Assembly (NCBI GenBank): GCA_001772865.1
Contig: MEVD01000003.1
Coordinates: 62,812-126,811, forward strand
Direction: 5' to 3'
DNA: 64,000 nucleotides
Source of the DNA: a candidate division WWE3 bacterium RIFCSPHIGHO2_02_FULL_38_14
GTDB lineage: Bacteria; Patescibacteriota; WWE3; UBA101185; UBA10185
A program made the position numbers and the translations under genes. Positions within the stretch are counted from its first letter, which is position 1; the number at the start of each line of letters is the position of its first letter. Below the pieces are notes generated by a model. That model was not told where the DNA came from and ran no database searches. It worked only from the letters and a program-made list of their open reading frames with translations. Below, one piece after another: positions 12,254 to 22,149 of this stretch.

Positions 12254-12577
12254 ATGGCAAAGTCACAGAGCAAAGAGTCAAAAATCAGAATAAAGCTTAA
12301 ATCTTATGACAGCAGAATCATGGATTTAAGCTGCACAAAAATTGTTGATACAGCTATAAGAACCGGTGCAAAAGTTGTAGGGCCGGTACCTTTGCCTACA
12401 AAAATAGAGAAGTTTACAGTTATTAGAGGACCGCATATTGACAAAAGGTCGAGGGAGCAATTTGAGCTTAGAACTCACAAAAGAGTGTTGGATATTTTAA
12501 ATCCTACCGGTTCTACGATAGAAAGTCTTTCTCATTTAAGCTTACCGGCAGGTGTAGATATCTCTATAAAGATGTAA
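12254..12577 (+). CDS. rpsJ: 30S ribosomal protein S10
   Basis: 107 aa. RIKLKSYD ... GPVPLPT ... [18 protein letters not shown] are S10 hallmarks. Confidence 0.95.
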   Translation: MAKSQSKESKIRIKLKSYDSRIMDLSCTKIVDTAIRTGAKVVGPVPLPTKIEKFTVIRGPHIDKRSREQFELRTHKRVLDILNPTGSTIESLSHLSLPAGVDISIKM

Positions 12578-12820
12578 AAGCTTGCTCACCGCCAAGGCGG
12601 TTGCGCTTCCTTTTGCATTTTCTCTATACAAAAATGTGATGATTTCATCATCCGTACGCTTTCGCGAACTAGAAGCGTATAATACAGTTTTCATTTTCGC
12701 TACGCGAAAAAGTGACGTAACTGGGTAGATTGGTTTTTAGGCGTTTTATTGATAAAATGGGCAAGATGCATAACAGCAGAAGTTAAAAAAGCAAAAAGGG
12801 CACTTTACTATTGACGTTAA

Positions 12821-12841
12821 GGCGCCCCGGCGCCTTTTTTT
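12821..12841 (+). terminator. intrinsic terminator inside the rpsJ-rplC spacer
   Basis: GGCGCC-CCG-GCGCC GC-rich hairpin immediately followed by TTTTTTT. Confidence 0.6.
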
Positions 12842-12872
12842 ATTGATTGAATTAGAGAAATTATGAGGAACT

Positions 12873-13301
12873 ATGGAACAAATTATAAAAGGAATAAAAC
12901 AGAATATGTCACAGATTTTTCTCGAAAGCGGAAATGTAATTCCTGTCACTATTATTAAAACCGAATCGGATATTTCCGAAGATTTGTTAAATAAATCAGT
13001 AGTTCTTACAGGCAAGTCTAAAGGAAAAGGATTTGCAGGAGTAATGAAGAGATGGAATTTTGCAGGTGTCGGTGAGGCTACTAGAGGCCAGTCGAATAAA
13101 CAAAGATCGGGCGGATCAATAGGCAGTCAGACACCGGGAAGAGTGTTAAAAGGGAAAAAAATGGCAGGTAGGCTTGGAAATAAAAAAGTTACTGTAAAAG
13201 GTTTGAGAATAGTGGAAATTGCAATAGATAAAAAGGAATTAAAAGTTTCTGGACCGGTGCCTGGGGCTAGAAATTCCACAATATTTTTAAGGATATTATG
13301 A
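12873..13301 (+). CDS. rplC: 50S ribosomal protein L3 (unusually short, 142 aa)
   Basis: N-terminal region (SQIFLESGNVIPVTIIK) and C-terminal core (GKGFAGVMKRWNF, GSIGSQTPGRVLKGKKMAGRLG) match L3. About 60-70 central residues of typical L3 are absent. TGA stop overlaps the rplD ATG. Confidence 0.85.
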   Translation: MEQIIKGIKQNMSQIFLESGNVIPVTIIKTESDISEDLLNKSVVLTGKSKGKGFAGVMKRWNFAGVGEATRGQSNKQRSGGSIGSQTPGRVLKGKKMAGRLGNKKVTVKGLRIVEIAIDKKELKVSGPVPGARNSTIFLRIL

Positions 13302-13927
13302 AGTCACAAGTTTTGGATAACAAAGGAATAAAAATTGAAGACATTATATTAAGTGATGATGTATTCGGTGTTAAGCCAAAAGCGGATTTAATTGCTCAGT
13401 ATGTAAGAGTATATTTATCAAATAACAGGCAAGGTACCTCTTCTGCCAAAACAAGGGCGGAAGTATCGGGAGGCGGTAAGAAACCCTGGAAACAAAAGGG
13501 TACGGGAAGAGCCAGAGTAGGGTCTTCCAGAAATCCGCTTTGGAGACATGGGGGAATTTCCCACGGTCCCAAACCTAAAGATTGGACCTTGTATATGCCT
13601 AAAAAAATGAAGAGACTCGCAACCGTTATGGCACTTTCCTCTAAAGCACTTTCCGAAAATTTAAAAATACTTTCAGAAATAAATTTAAATAAAATTAAAA
13701 CAAAAAATATCAAAGACCTGCTGGACACTTTAAAACTAAGCGGCAGAACTTTGATAGTCACGGAAAAAAAGAATGACAACATACTAAAAAGCGTTTCCAA
13801 TTTAAAATATGTGGATTTAAGTTTTGTTGGAACTCTCAATGCTTATGAAATATTAAAGTCAAAGAACCTGGTTATATTAAAAGATGCTGTGAAAAATTTA
13901 GAGAAAAAATACCATGCAGCTAAATAA
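13298..13927 (+). CDS. rplD: 50S ribosomal protein L4
   Basis: 209 aa. Motif region GGGKKPWKQKGTGRAR and position after rplC fit L4. Confidence 0.9.
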   Translation: MKSQVLDNKGIKIEDIILSDDVFGVKPKADLIAQYVRVYLSNNRQGTSSAKTRAEVSGGGKKPWKQKGTGRARVGSSRNPLWRHGGISHGPKPKDWTLYMPKKMKRLATVMALSSKALSENLKILSEINLNKIKTKNIKDLLDTLKLSGRTLIVTEKKNDNILKSVSNLKYVDLSFVGTLNAYEILKSKNLVILKDAVKNLEKKYHAAK

Positions 13928-14213
13928 TGTTTTGCAAAAACCGGTGATTACTGAAAAAAGTGTTGCTTTAACCGACACGCAGAACAGGTATGTTTTTAAA
14001 GTTAGAAGTGATGCCACAAAAGGAAAAATAGCGGATGAAGTAGAAAAAACATTTAAAGTCGATGTTCTGGACGTTAAAACAATTATGATGCCCGGCAAAA
14101 AAAGAAGGATAGCGAAAACTTTTAGATTCAGAAAAACTAAGGGATGGAAAAAAGCGATAGTGAAAATAAAAGCAGATCAAAAAATTGACATAGTTTCCAA
14201 AGAAGGCAAGTAA
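13914..14213 (+). CDS. rplW: 50S ribosomal protein L23
   Basis: 99 aa. VLQKPVITEKS ... YVFKV fit L23. 14-nt overlap with rplD. Confidence 0.9.
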   Translation: MQLNNVLQKPVITEKSVALTDTQNRYVFKVRSDATKGKIADEVEKTFKVDVLDVKTIMMPGKKRRIAKTFRFRKTKGWKKAIVKIKADQKIDIVSKEGK

Positions 14214-14217
14214 AAAA

Positions 14218-15036
14218 ATGATAAAAACATACAACCCTACCAGCGCAGGAATAAGAACCAGAAAATCTCTCGTGAGAGAATTGTCTTTTGACAAACCCGA
14301 AAAAAAGTTAATAAAAAGTTTAAAAGGACCGGCCGGCAGAAATAAAGGTAGGATTTCAAGCAGGCACAGAGAGCGTGGCTCAAAAAAACATTACCGGATT
14401 ATTGATTTTAAGAGGAATAAGATTAATATACCGGCAAGAATCGCCTCTATTGAATATGATCCCAACAGAGGACCGAATATAGCCTTGCTTAATTATGCCG
14501 ACGGCGAAAAAAGATATATTCTTGCACCGGAGGGGTTGAAAGTTGGGATGACAGTAGTTTCAAGCGAAAAAGCCGAAGCTAATTTAGGTAATTCGCTTCC
14601 CATAGGAAATATACCTTTGGGGGTATTTGTTCATAATATAGAAATCAATCCCGGTCGGGGAGGGCAAATAGTAAGAGGAGCGGGAAATTATGCCCAAATA
14701 ATGGCTAAAGAAGGCGGTTATGTAAATATTAAGCTACCGAGCGGTGAGATTAAAAAAGTTATGGTATCATGTTATGCTACTGTTGGAGTGTTGAGTAATC
14801 CGGACTTAAGAAATGTAAGACTGGGAAAAGCAGGTAGGAATCGACATTTAGGGAACAGACCTCACATAAGAGGTGTAGCAATAGCTAATCCTTCAGATCA
14901 TCCGCACGGCGGTTCATATAAAGATTCAGGAATAGGTATGCCTTCTCCTAAATCACCGTGGGGATGGAAAACCAGAGGTGTGAGAACCAGAAAAAGAGCG
15001 CATACAAACAAGTTTATAGTGAAAAGGAGGAAATAA
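14218..15036 (+). CDS. rplB: 50S ribosomal protein L2
   Basis: 272 aa with L2 signature regions ([17 protein letters not shown]). Confidence 0.95.
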   Translation: MIKTYNPTSAGIRTRKSLVRELSFDKPEKKLIKSLKGPAGRNKGRISSRHRERGSKKHYRIIDFKRNKINIPARIASIEYDPNRGPNIALLNYADGEKRYILAPEGLKVGMTVVSSEKAEANLGNSLPIGNIPLGVFVHNIEINPGRGGQIVRGAGNYAQIMAKEGGYVNIKLPSGEIKKVMVSCYATVGVLSNPDLRNVRLGKAGRNRHLGNRPHIRGVAIANPSDHPHGGSYKDSGIGMPSPKSPWGWKTRGVRTRKRAHTNKFIVKRRK

Positions 15037-15311
15037 TGAGATCTCTGAAAAAAGGTGTCTATTTAGATGCCGGATTAATGGAAAAAGTAGTTAAAATGAA
15101 AGCTTCCAAAGCAAATAAACCCATTAAAACCTGGGCCAGAAGATCTACAGTTACCCCTGAAATGGTTGGAATGACCTTTGAAGTTCACAACGGAAAGCAG
15201 CATTTGCCTGTATATATTACCGAAGCTATGGTAGGACACAAATTAGGTGAATTTGCGCCGACCAGAAAATTTAGAGCTCATTCATCAAAGAAAGGAACCT
15301 CGGAAGCGTGA
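15036..15311 (+). CDS. rpsS: 30S ribosomal protein S19
   Basis: ATG at 15036 overlaps the rpl[15 protein letters not shown] ... [28 protein letters not shown] is the S19 core. The ORF-track extension back to 14958 lies inside rplB and is rejected. Confidence 0.92.
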   Translation: MRSLKKGVYLDAGLMEKVVKMKASKANKPIKTWARRSTVTPEMVGMTFEVHNGKQHLPVYITEAMVGHKLGEFAPTRKFRAHSSKKGTSEA

Positions 15312-15673
15312 ACAATAAAGCATTAGTTTATTCAAAATTTAATAATGCGGGAATATCGCCAAAAAAGGTTGCCCCAGTGATGGATTTAGTAAGGGGGAAA
15401 AATGCAAACGAAGCCAAACTGGTGCTTTTATTTGACAGGACAAAGGCGGGGGCGTTGCTTCTGAAAACGCTAAAATCGGCGATAGCTAACGCAAAAAATA
15501 ATTTGAATATTAATGTTGATGATTTATTTATTTCACATCTGCAAGTAAATGAAGGCCGTAAAATGAAAACGGGCATGTTTGCCGCTAAGGGCAGGTTCAG
15601 GCCATTATTAAAAAGAAGAAGCCATATAATACTGGGTTTATCTAAAAAGGAAGGTTCCAAAGGAGAAAAGTAA
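15308..15673 (+). CDS. rplV: 50S ribosomal protein L22
   Basis: 121 aa. Position and L22-like composition fit. Confidence 0.9.
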   Translation: MNNKALVYSKFNNAGISPKKVAPVMDLVRGKNANEAKLVLLFDRTKAGALLLKTLKSAIANAKNNLNINVDDLFISHLQVNEGRKMKTGMFAAKGRFRPLLKRRSHIILGLSKKEGSKGEK

Positions 15674-15675
15674 AA

Positions 15676-16308
15676 ATGGGACAGAAAATAAATCCTTACG
15701 GATACAGGCTAGGAATATCAAAAAACTGGATGTCCAGATGGTACTCAGACAAAAAGCAATATGGGGACATTGTGCTGGAGGATATGAAAATCAGAAAATA
15801 TTTAGAAAAAAAGTTTGAAATGGCAGGTGTTAAATCAATAGAAATTGAAAGGTCGGTTAACGAGGTAAATATTATTGTAAAAGTGGCAAAGCCGGGTGTA
15901 GTTATCGGAAAAGGCGGATCGGGAGTAGAAGATGCTGAAAAGGAACTTAAGAAAATTACCAAATCTAAAATAAGATTGACTGCAGAGGAAGTGAAAAATC
16001 CCGAAGTGGAAGCCCAGCTTGTCGCCGATTATATTTCAAGGCAGTTAAAGAGAAGACTGCCCTATAGAAGGATAGTTATAGCGGCAATTTCTTCAGCAAG
16101 AGATAAAGGCGCCAAGGGAATTAAAATAAAGCTTGCGGGACTTTTAAGCGGAGGAAACTCAATATCCAGATCTGAAACATTTTTAGACGGATCAATTCCG
16201 TCTCAAACACTAAGAGCTGATGTAGATTATGCGCAGGTTCACTGTCAGATGCTTTTCGGAACCATCGGGATTAAAGTGTGGATTTTCAAGGGAGAAGCGG
16301 TAATTTAA
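15676..16308 (+). CDS. rpsC: 30S ribosomal protein S3
   Basis: 210 aa. [14 protein letters not shown] start; KH domain; [10 protein letters not shown]. Confidence 0.95.
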   Translation: MGQKINPYGYRLGISKNWMSRWYSDKKQYGDIVLEDMKIRKYLEKKFEMAGVKSIEIERSVNEVNIIVKVAKPGVVIGKGGSGVEDAEKELKKITKSKIRLTAEEVKNPEVEAQLVADYISRQLKRRLPYRRIVIAAISSARDKGAKGIKIKLAGLLSGGNSISRSETFLDGSIPSQTLRADVDYAQVHCQMLFGTIGIKVWIFKGEAVI

Positions 16309-16324
16309 ATACAGCTTTATATTT

Positions 16325-16732
16325 ATGTTATTACCGAAAAAGGTTAAGTTTAGAAAACAGCAGAGAGGTACAAATAGAGGGCTTGCGATCAGAGGTTCTT
16401 TTATTTCCTTCGGTGATTATGCCTTAAAATCAGTAGACAGAGGTCTTCTGACTTCCAGACAAATTGAGGCCGCCCGAAAAGCTATAAGCCATGAAACTAA
16501 AAGGGGAGGGAAGCTTTGGATAAGAGTATTTCCAGATAAAGCGGTATCAAAAAAGCCGAACGAAACAAGAATGGGGAGCGGAAAATCCCCCACGGATCAT
16601 TATGCTGCTGTCATTAAGCCGGGGAAAATAGTTTTTGAATTGGGGGGAGTTACCGAAGAAACCGCCAGAAATGCTTTTTATAAAGCATCTGCTAAACTTC
16701 CCTTAAAAATGAGGTTTATATCAAAAGAATAA
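16325..16732 (+). CDS. rplP: 50S ribosomal protein L16
   Basis: 135 aa. [15 protein letters not shown] start; RMGSGKSP. Confidence 0.95.
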   Translation: MLLPKKVKFRKQQRGTNRGLAIRGSFISFGDYALKSVDRGLLTSRQIEAARKAISHETKRGGKLWIRVFPDKAVSKKPNETRMGSGKSPTDHYAAVIKPGKIVFELGGVTEETARNAFYKASAKLPLKMRFISKE

Positions 16733-16733
16733 T

Positions 16734-16949
16734 ATGAAAAGCTCTGATTTAAGAAATAAAAGTGAAAAAGAATTAAAAGATTTGATACAAAAAACCGCTA
16801 AAGAACTGGAAGATGTGGTGACTGACGTAATTAAAGGAAAAGAAAAAAATATTAGAAAAATAAGACCGCTCAAAAAAGATATTGCAAGATTAAAAACATT
16901 ACTTAGTGAAAAAGAGTTTTTGAGCAAGGGAGGAAATATTAATGCCTAA
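16734..16949 (+). CDS. rpmC: 50S ribosomal protein L29
   Basis: 71 aa helical, KE-rich. Position between rplP and rpsQ supports L29. Confidence 0.85.
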   Translation: MKSSDLRNKSEKELKDLIQKTAKELEDVVTDVIKGKEKNIRKIRPLKKDIARLKTLLSEKEFLSKGGNINA

Positions 16950-17190
16950 AAAAATGTTTAAAGGAAAAATAGTTTCGGAAAAAATGAATAAAACAGTAAT
17001 AGTTGCGGTTGAATTTCCCAAGAGACATCCCAAGTATGCAAAAAGTATTAAAAATACAAAAAGGTTTAAGGCCAGAAATGAAAAAAACATAAAATTAGGG
17101 GATATTGTTTTAATAGAAGAATCCAGACCCTACGCCAAAAATGTTAACTGGAAAGTTATAGAAATAAATCCTACCAAGAAAGAAAAATAA
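16942..17190 (+). CDS. rpsQ: 30S ribosomal protein S17
   Basis: 82 aa. GKIVSEKMNKTVIVAVE, KYAKSIKNTKRFKA. Confidence 0.9.
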   Translation: MPKKMFKGKIVSEKMNKTVIVAVEFPKRHPKYAKSIKNTKRFKARNEKNIKLGDIVLIEESRPYAKNVNWKVIEINPTKKEK

Positions 17191-17191
17191 T

Positions 17192-17557
17192 ATGTTGCAG
17201 AGAGGATCAATTATTGTACCAGCAGACAACTCGGGAGCTAAAGTGTTAAAAATCATCGGGATTCCGGGAACAAATAGAAAATCCGCGGGATTGGGCGATA
17301 TTATAACTGCAGCTGTAAACGGAGCTTCTTCTACTGGGTATGTTAAGGATCACTCGATTGTGAAAGCAATAATTGTTCGTACTAAAAAAGAAGTTAGAAG
17401 AAAGGACGGAAGCTATATCAGATTTTCGGATAATGCTGCAGTTGTAATTGATAAAGATGAAAATATGATAGGAACCAGGATTTTTGGTCCGATTGCGAGA
17501 GAAATCAGGGACAGAGGAATGCTGAAAATAGTTTCACTTGCCAAGGAGGTTTGGTAA
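17192..17557 (+). CDS. rplN: 50S ribosomal protein L14
   Basis: 121 aa. MLQRGSIIVPADNSGAKV, IFGPIAREIR. Confidence 0.95.
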   Translation: MLQRGSIIVPADNSGAKVLKIIGIPGTNRKSAGLGDIITAAVNGASSTGYVKDHSIVKAIIVRTKKEVRRKDGSYIRFSDNAAVVIDKDENMIGTRIFGPIAREIRDRGMLKIVSLAKEVW

Positions 17558-17565
17558 AAATTCTT

Positions 17566-17883
17566 ATGAGGATACATAAAGGAGATAAAGTAAAAGTTAT
17601 AACAGGAAAAGATAAAGGGAAAGAAGGTAAAGTTCTCGCGGTATATTTATCTAAAAATAAGGTGCTGATTGAAGGAGTCAACAAAGTAAAAAGGCATGTA
17701 AAGCCCGGGACAGTATCAAAAGAGGGAGGAATTGTTGTGGTTGAAAAACCGATAAATGTATCAAATGTAATGTTTATAGACAGCACGTCGGGCAATCCCG
17801 TAAGAATAGGTTTTAAGATAGTCGACGGAAAAAAATATAGAATTAACAAAAAATCGGAGGAGATTATAGGAAAGGCAAAATAA
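17566..17883 (+). CDS. rplX: 50S ribosomal protein L24
   Basis: ATG at 17566 after the rplN stop. IHKGDKVKVITGKDKGKEGKV (KOW motif). Confidence 0.9.
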   Translation: MRIHKGDKVKVITGKDKGKEGKVLAVYLSKNKVLIEGVNKVKRHVKPGTVSKEGGIVVVEKPINVSNVMFIDSTSGNPVRIGFKIVDGKKYRINKKSEEIIGKAK

Positions 17884-17924
17884 AGTTTTATTCAGCGGGA
17901 TTCGCTACTGAGGTTTTGAATAAT

Positions 17925-18470
17925 ATGGAAAACAGGTTATATAAAACATATAAAGAAAAAATGGCGCAGGATCTTAAAAAACAGTTGAGTCTGGAGAATA
18001 TTATGCAAGTGCCTAAAATAAAGAAAATTAATATTAATGCTGGTATAGGCGGTTTCAAGGAAAATCGAGAAGCAACCGAGTCTTTTATAAATGAGCTGGC
18101 TGACATAACAAGTCAAAAACCTTATTACAGGAAAGCGAGGCTTTCAGAAGCGGGTTTTAAGATAAAAAAAGGCGATGTAGTAGGGTATTCAGTAACATTA
18201 AGAGGATATAAAATGTGGGCTTTCCTCGATAAACTGATAAATATAGTGCTGCCCCGCGTCAGGGATTTCAGGGGGTTAAGCAGAGATTCTTTCGATAACA
18301 GCGGGAACTACTCGCTTGGAATTAGAGAACATGTTATATTTCCCGAAGTTAATCCTAACGCGACCAGGGGAATCAGAAGCCTGCAAGTGACAATAGTAAT
18401 GAATTCTAATAACAAAGAGAGAAATACAGCTTTGTTGGAGAAAATGGGATTTCCGTTTAAAAAGGTATAA
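17925..18470 (+). CDS. rplE: 50S ribosomal protein L5
   Basis: L5 core (RLYKTYKE..., [15 protein letters not shown]). ATG 17925 has better SD spacing than the in-frame 17916. Confidence 0.93.
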   Translation: MENRLYKTYKEKMAQDLKKQLSLENIMQVPKIKKININAGIGGFKENREATESFINELADITSQKPYYRKARLSEAGFKIKKGDVVGYSVTLRGYKMWAFLDKLINIVLPRVRDFRGLSRDSFDNSGNYSLGIREHVIFPEVNPNATRGIRSLQVTIVMNSNNKERNTALLEKMGFPFKKV

Positions 18471-18472
18471 AA

Positions 18473-18658
18473 ATGGCAAGAAAATCTTTTATTGAAAGAC
18501 ACAAAAAACCTAAAAAATTTAAAGTGAGAGAATATAACAGGTGTTCGGTCTGCGGCAATCCCCGCGGTTATATGCGTAAATTTAAAATGTGCAGAAAATG
18601 TTTTAGGGAGCTTGTTCACAAAGGATTTCTGCCCGGAGTAAAAAAGTCAAGCTGGTAA
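18473..18658 (+). CDS. rpsN: 30S ribosomal protein S14, zinc-binding type Z
   Basis: 61 aa with [10 protein letters not shown]...CRKCFRE CxxC pairs. This is the short Zn-ribbon S14. Confidence 0.9.
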   Translation: MARKSFIERHKKPKKFKVREYNRCSVCGNPRGYMRKFKMCRKCFRELVHKGFLPGVKKSSW

Positions 18659-18662
18659 ATAT

Positions 18663-19061
18663 ATGTTAAATGATAGATTGGCAAATATGCTAAGTACAAT
18701 TAAAAATGCGTATGCTGTAAGCAAACCTTCTGTTGAAGTAGCGCATTCTAAACAAATTGAGGAGGTTGCAAAAGTACTTGAAAAGGCCGGTTTTCTGAAA
18801 AGTGTAAAGGTGTTTAAAGAAAGCGGGGAATCTTTTAAAAAGCTTCATATTGATTTGATATATGAGGATGGAAGGGCAAAAGTTTCAGATATTAGTCGTG
18901 TTTCAAAGCCCGGGAGAAGAGTTTACAAAAACTATCGGGATATGAAACCTGTATTAGGAGGTTTTGGAGTTTCCGTCGTATCAACTTCCAGAGGCATAAT
19001 GTCTGGTTCAGACGCTAAAAAGAGAAAGCTGGGTGGGGAAATTATTTGTACTGCCTGGTAA
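18663..19061 (+). CDS. rpsH: 30S ribosomal protein S8
   Basis: 132 aa. DRLANMLSTIKNA start region; GGEIICTAW end. Confidence 0.95.
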   Translation: MLNDRLANMLSTIKNAYAVSKPSVEVAHSKQIEEVAKVLEKAGFLKSVKVFKESGESFKKLHIDLIYEDGRAKVSDISRVSKPGRRVYKNYRDMKPVLGGFGVSVVSTSRGIMSGSDAKKRKLGGEIICTAW

Positions 19062-19068
19062 TAAAAAT

Positions 19069-19608
19069 ATGTCAAGGATAGGAAAGAAAAACATTTTGAT
19101 ACCTCATGGAGTTACGGTTTCGGTAAACGGCCAAAATGTTGAGGTAAAAGGTGTAAAAGGAAATCTTTTAGTAAAAGTGAGGCCGGAAATTAAAGTGCAG
19201 GTGGAGGACAATCTGATAAAATCCAGCATTTTAAGAGAAACTAAGGAAACGAACGCATTTTGGGGAACAACAAATGCAACTATTTTGAATGCAATAAAAG
19301 GAGTAAGCGAGGGATTTGAGAAAAAACTTGAGCTGGTAGGAGTTGGCTACAGAGCTAAATTGGACGGCAATAATCTCTCTCTTTCTTTGGGTTTTTCTCA
19401 TCCGATTGTTTTTGAGCCTATAGAGGGGATAAAATTTGTAGTTCCGGATCAGCAAAACGTAATTATAACCGGCATTGATAAACAAAAAGTTGGTTTGGTT
19501 GCTTCAAAAATTAGAAAAATAAGAAAGCCGGAACCTTACAAAGGCAAAGGTATAAAATATACAAACGAAGTTATAAGAAGAAAAGCCGGCAAGTCGGGAA
19601 AGGCGTAA
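19069..19608 (+). CDS. rplF: 50S ribosomal protein L6
   Basis: MSRIGKK start at ATG 19069 just after rpsH. Two-repeat L6 fold motifs. The upstream extension to 19033 overlaps rpsH and is rejected. Confidence 0.92.
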   Translation: MSRIGKKNILIPHGVTVSVNGQNVEVKGVKGNLLVKVRPEIKVQVEDNLIKSSILRETKETNAFWGTTNATILNAIKGVSEGFEKKLELVGVGYRAKLDGNNLSLSLGFSHPIVFEPIEGIKFVVPDQQNVIITGIDKQKVGLVASKIRKIRKPEPYKGKGIKYTNEVIRRKAGKSGKA

Positions 19609-19609
19609 T

Positions 19610-19969
19610 ATGTATAAAGTAATTTTAAGAAAAGACAGAAGAATAAAAAGAAAACTAAAAATAAGAAGCAAAATATTAGGCACATCCAAAAAACCCAGAC
19701 TGTCGGTATTCAGGTCGCTACGATATACATATGCGCAGTTAATAGATGACTCTAAAGGTAAAACTATTGTTGATATTTCCAATTCTATAAAGAAATACCA
19801 TGACGGGAAAAATAAATCACAGGCAGCCTATGAGTTGGGTAAGTTAATAGCAGAAAAAGCACTTAAAAAAGGTATTATTGAAGCAGTATTTGACAGAAAT
19901 GGTTATAGATATCACGGCAGAATCAAAAGACTAGCCGAAGGGGCGAAGGAAGGCGGTTTAAAAGTATGA
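19610..19969 (+). CDS. rplR: 50S ribosomal protein L18
   Basis: 119 aa. RLSVFRS...HIYAQLIDD-like region, C-terminal GYRYHGR. Confidence 0.92.
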   Translation: MYKVILRKDRRIKRKLKIRSKILGTSKKPRLSVFRSLRYTYAQLIDDSKGKTIVDISNSIKKYHDGKNKSQAAYELGKLIAEKALKKGIIEAVFDRNGYRYHGRIKRLAEGAKEGGLKV

Positions 19970-20412
19970 AAGAAACAAGAGAATTTAGAGAATTTGAAGA
20001 GAAAGTCATTCAAATTAAAAGAGTTTCAAAAAAAACCAGCGGCGGAAACAGTATCGGATTCAGCGCACTTGTCGTGGTGGGCGATAAAAAGGGTAGAGCA
20101 GGAGTGGGGTTAGGTAAAGCTAAAGATGTGAGTTCTGCAGTGCAGAAGGCAGTTACTCAAGCTAAAAGGAATATGGTTAAAATAAATTTAAAAAACACCA
20201 CAATTGCACACGAAGTTCATTCAAAATTCGGATCAGCGGTGGTATTTTTAAAGCCCGCCCCCAAAGGTTCGGGAATAATTGCAGGAGGAGCCGTAAGAGT
20301 AGTACTGGAATTGGTAGGCATAAAGGATATTTCGGCTAAAATGCTTGGGTCCAATAACAGATCCAGCAACTTAAATTGCGCTTTGGAGGCATTAAAAAAG
20401 CTGAAATCATAA
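19966..20412 (+). CDS. rpsE: 30S ribosomal protein S5
   Basis: 148 aa. dsRBD-like N-terminus, GSGIIAGGAVR. Confidence 0.95.
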   Translation: MKETREFREFEEKVIQIKRVSKKTSGGNSIGFSALVVVGDKKGRAGVGLGKAKDVSSAVQKAVTQAKRNMVKINLKNTTIAHEVHSKFGSAVVFLKPAPKGSGIIAGGAVRVVLELVGIKDISAKMLGSNNRSSNLNCALEALKKLKS

Positions 20413-20430
20413 AATTTCAGGAATTAATAT

Positions 20431-20880
20431 ATGAATCTAAATGAATTAAGAAAAATAAGCGGAAATAAAAGACCATCTAAAAGGATCGGCCGCGGCAGAG
20501 GCAGCGGTAAAGGAATGCATACTGTCGGAAGAGGAAATAAAGGCCAGAAATCCAGAAAAGGCTATAATTTACCAATAGGATTTGAAGGAGGACAGGTGCC
20601 TTTATATAAGCGTCTTCCCACTATGGGAGGTTTTAAAAATCCGTTGTCAAAAGATATAATAATTGTAAAACTCTCTATGTTGAATGACTTTAAGGAAGGA
20701 AGTGAAATTACGCCTCAGCTTTTATTAAAGAGCGGGATTATAAAAAGAATCCCTAAATTCGGAGTTAAACTGCTGGGCAACGGAAAACTAACTAAAAAAT
20801 TGACACTAAAAGGATTTTTAGTTTCAGACTCTGCCGGTAAGAAAATACAAAAAGCCGGAGCAATACTGTTAAATGCTTAA
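20431..20880 (+). CDS. rplO: 50S ribosomal protein L15
   Basis: 149 aa. KRIGRGRGSGKG, GFEGGQVPLYKRLP. It directly follows rpsE; no L30 gene intervenes. Confidence 0.92.
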   Translation: MNLNELRKISGNKRPSKRIGRGRGSGKGMHTVGRGNKGQKSRKGYNLPIGFEGGQVPLYKRLPTMGGFKNPLSKDIIIVKLSMLNDFKEGSEITPQLLLKSGIIKRIPKFGVKLLGNGKLTKKLTLKGFLVSDSAGKKIQKAGAILLNA

Positions 20881-22129
20881 ATTTTTAAAAATTCCCGAAA
20901 TCCGCAGGAGGATTTTATTTACTCTGGGTGTTATTTTCGTTTTTAGGTTACTTGCTCATATACCTGTTCCCGGTGTTGATTCCAGTGCTCTGAAAAGTTA
21001 TTTAGAAGGCAGTACATTATTCGGACTTTTTGACCTTTTCAGCGGAGGCGGTTTTCAGAATTTTTCTATTGTTACAATGGGCTTAAACCCATATATTAAT
21101 GCTTCAATTATTATTCAGCTGTTTACAATGATGGTTCCCAGCCTGGAGGAACTGTCAAAAGAAGGCGAAACCGGGAGAGAAAAAATCAACATGTATACCA
21201 GGCTTCTTTCGGTACCAATTGCTCTACTGCAGTCATATGGTGTATATTTTCTGCTTTCGAAACAAGGTGTTATAAATACACTTAATCCTATTCAGCTTAT
21301 AGTTCTGGTTCTGACACTTTCAGCCGGGACCATGATTCTAATGTGGATCGGCGAGTTGGTTACTGAGTATGGAGTGGGAAACGGAATTTCTTTATTAATA
21401 TTTGTAGGTATTATAAGCAGACTGCCGTTAACATCTGCCCAGTTTGTTACCACCTTAAATCCTGAAAACCTTCCGAACTTAATTATATTTTTAGCTATAT
21501 CACTGTTTATAATTATGGGGGTTGTGATTGTGAATGAGGGAACGAGAAATATTCCATTGGAATATGGCAGATCGGGCCAGAAGTCCCAGAAAGTTACTAA
21601 TTACTTGCCTATTAAAATTAATCAAGCCGGAGTTATTCCGATTATTTTTGCTGTTTCCGTTGTATTGATTCCGTCGCTGATAAGCACTCCTATGCAGTCT
21701 TCGTCTAATGCTTTTTTAAGTAATTTAGGAACTTATTTAACAGCTAACTTTAACCCGAACTCGGTTTTATATAACGTTATTTATTTTGTTCTTGTGGTGG
21801 GATTTACTTATTTTTATACTACCGTTCAATTCAATCCCGAAAAAATATCAGATGATATTAAGAAGCGCGGTGGGTTTGTTCCGGGAATTAGGCCGGGAAA
21901 AAACACCACGGACTATTTAAAAGCCGTAATAACCAGAATAACCCTGGCAGGCGCATTATTTTTAGGTGCAATCGCCATCCTTCCCTATTTGGTGAACCAA
22001 TTTACAGGTGTGTCCACTTTTTCCGTCGGCGGTACCGGGCTTTTAATTGTAGTGTCGGTTATCTTGGAAACAATCAGACAAATGGAATCGATGGTTGTAA
22101 CCAAAAATTATAATAAGTTTCTGGAATAA
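20873..22129 (+). CDS. secY: preprotein translocase subunit SecY
   Basis: 418 aa, 10 TM. SecY-type motifs (GLNPYINASII, GISLLIF). Confidence 0.95.
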   Translation: MLKFLKIPEIRRRILFTLGVIFVFRLLAHIPVPGVDSSALKSYLEGSTLFGLFDLFSGGGFQNFSIVTMGLNPYINASIIIQLFTMMVPSLEELSKEGETGREKINMYTRLLSVPIALLQSYGVYFLLSKQGVINTLNPIQLIVLVLTLSAGTMILMWIGELVTEYGVGNGISLLIFVGIISRLPLTSAQFVTTLNPENLPNLIIFLAISLFIIMGVVIVNEGTRNIPLEYGRSGQKSQKVTNYLPIKINQAGVIPIIFAVSVVLIPSLISTPMQSSSNAFLSNLGTYLTANFNPNSVLYNVIYFVLVVGFTYFYTTVQFNPEKISDDIKKRGGFVPGIRPGKNTTDYLKAVITRITLAGALFLGAIAILPYLVNQFTGVSTFSVGGTGLLIVVSVILETIRQMESMVVTKNYNKFLE

Positions 22130-22149
22130 TCTCGTAGTATAATTATAAA

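Noticed and set aside
14958-15035. 5' extension of rpsS (ORF-track start 14958) and of rplF (19033), rplX (17551)
   Set aside because: The extensions overlap the preceding ribosomal gene in another frame. Conserved N-termini begin at the downstream ATGs.
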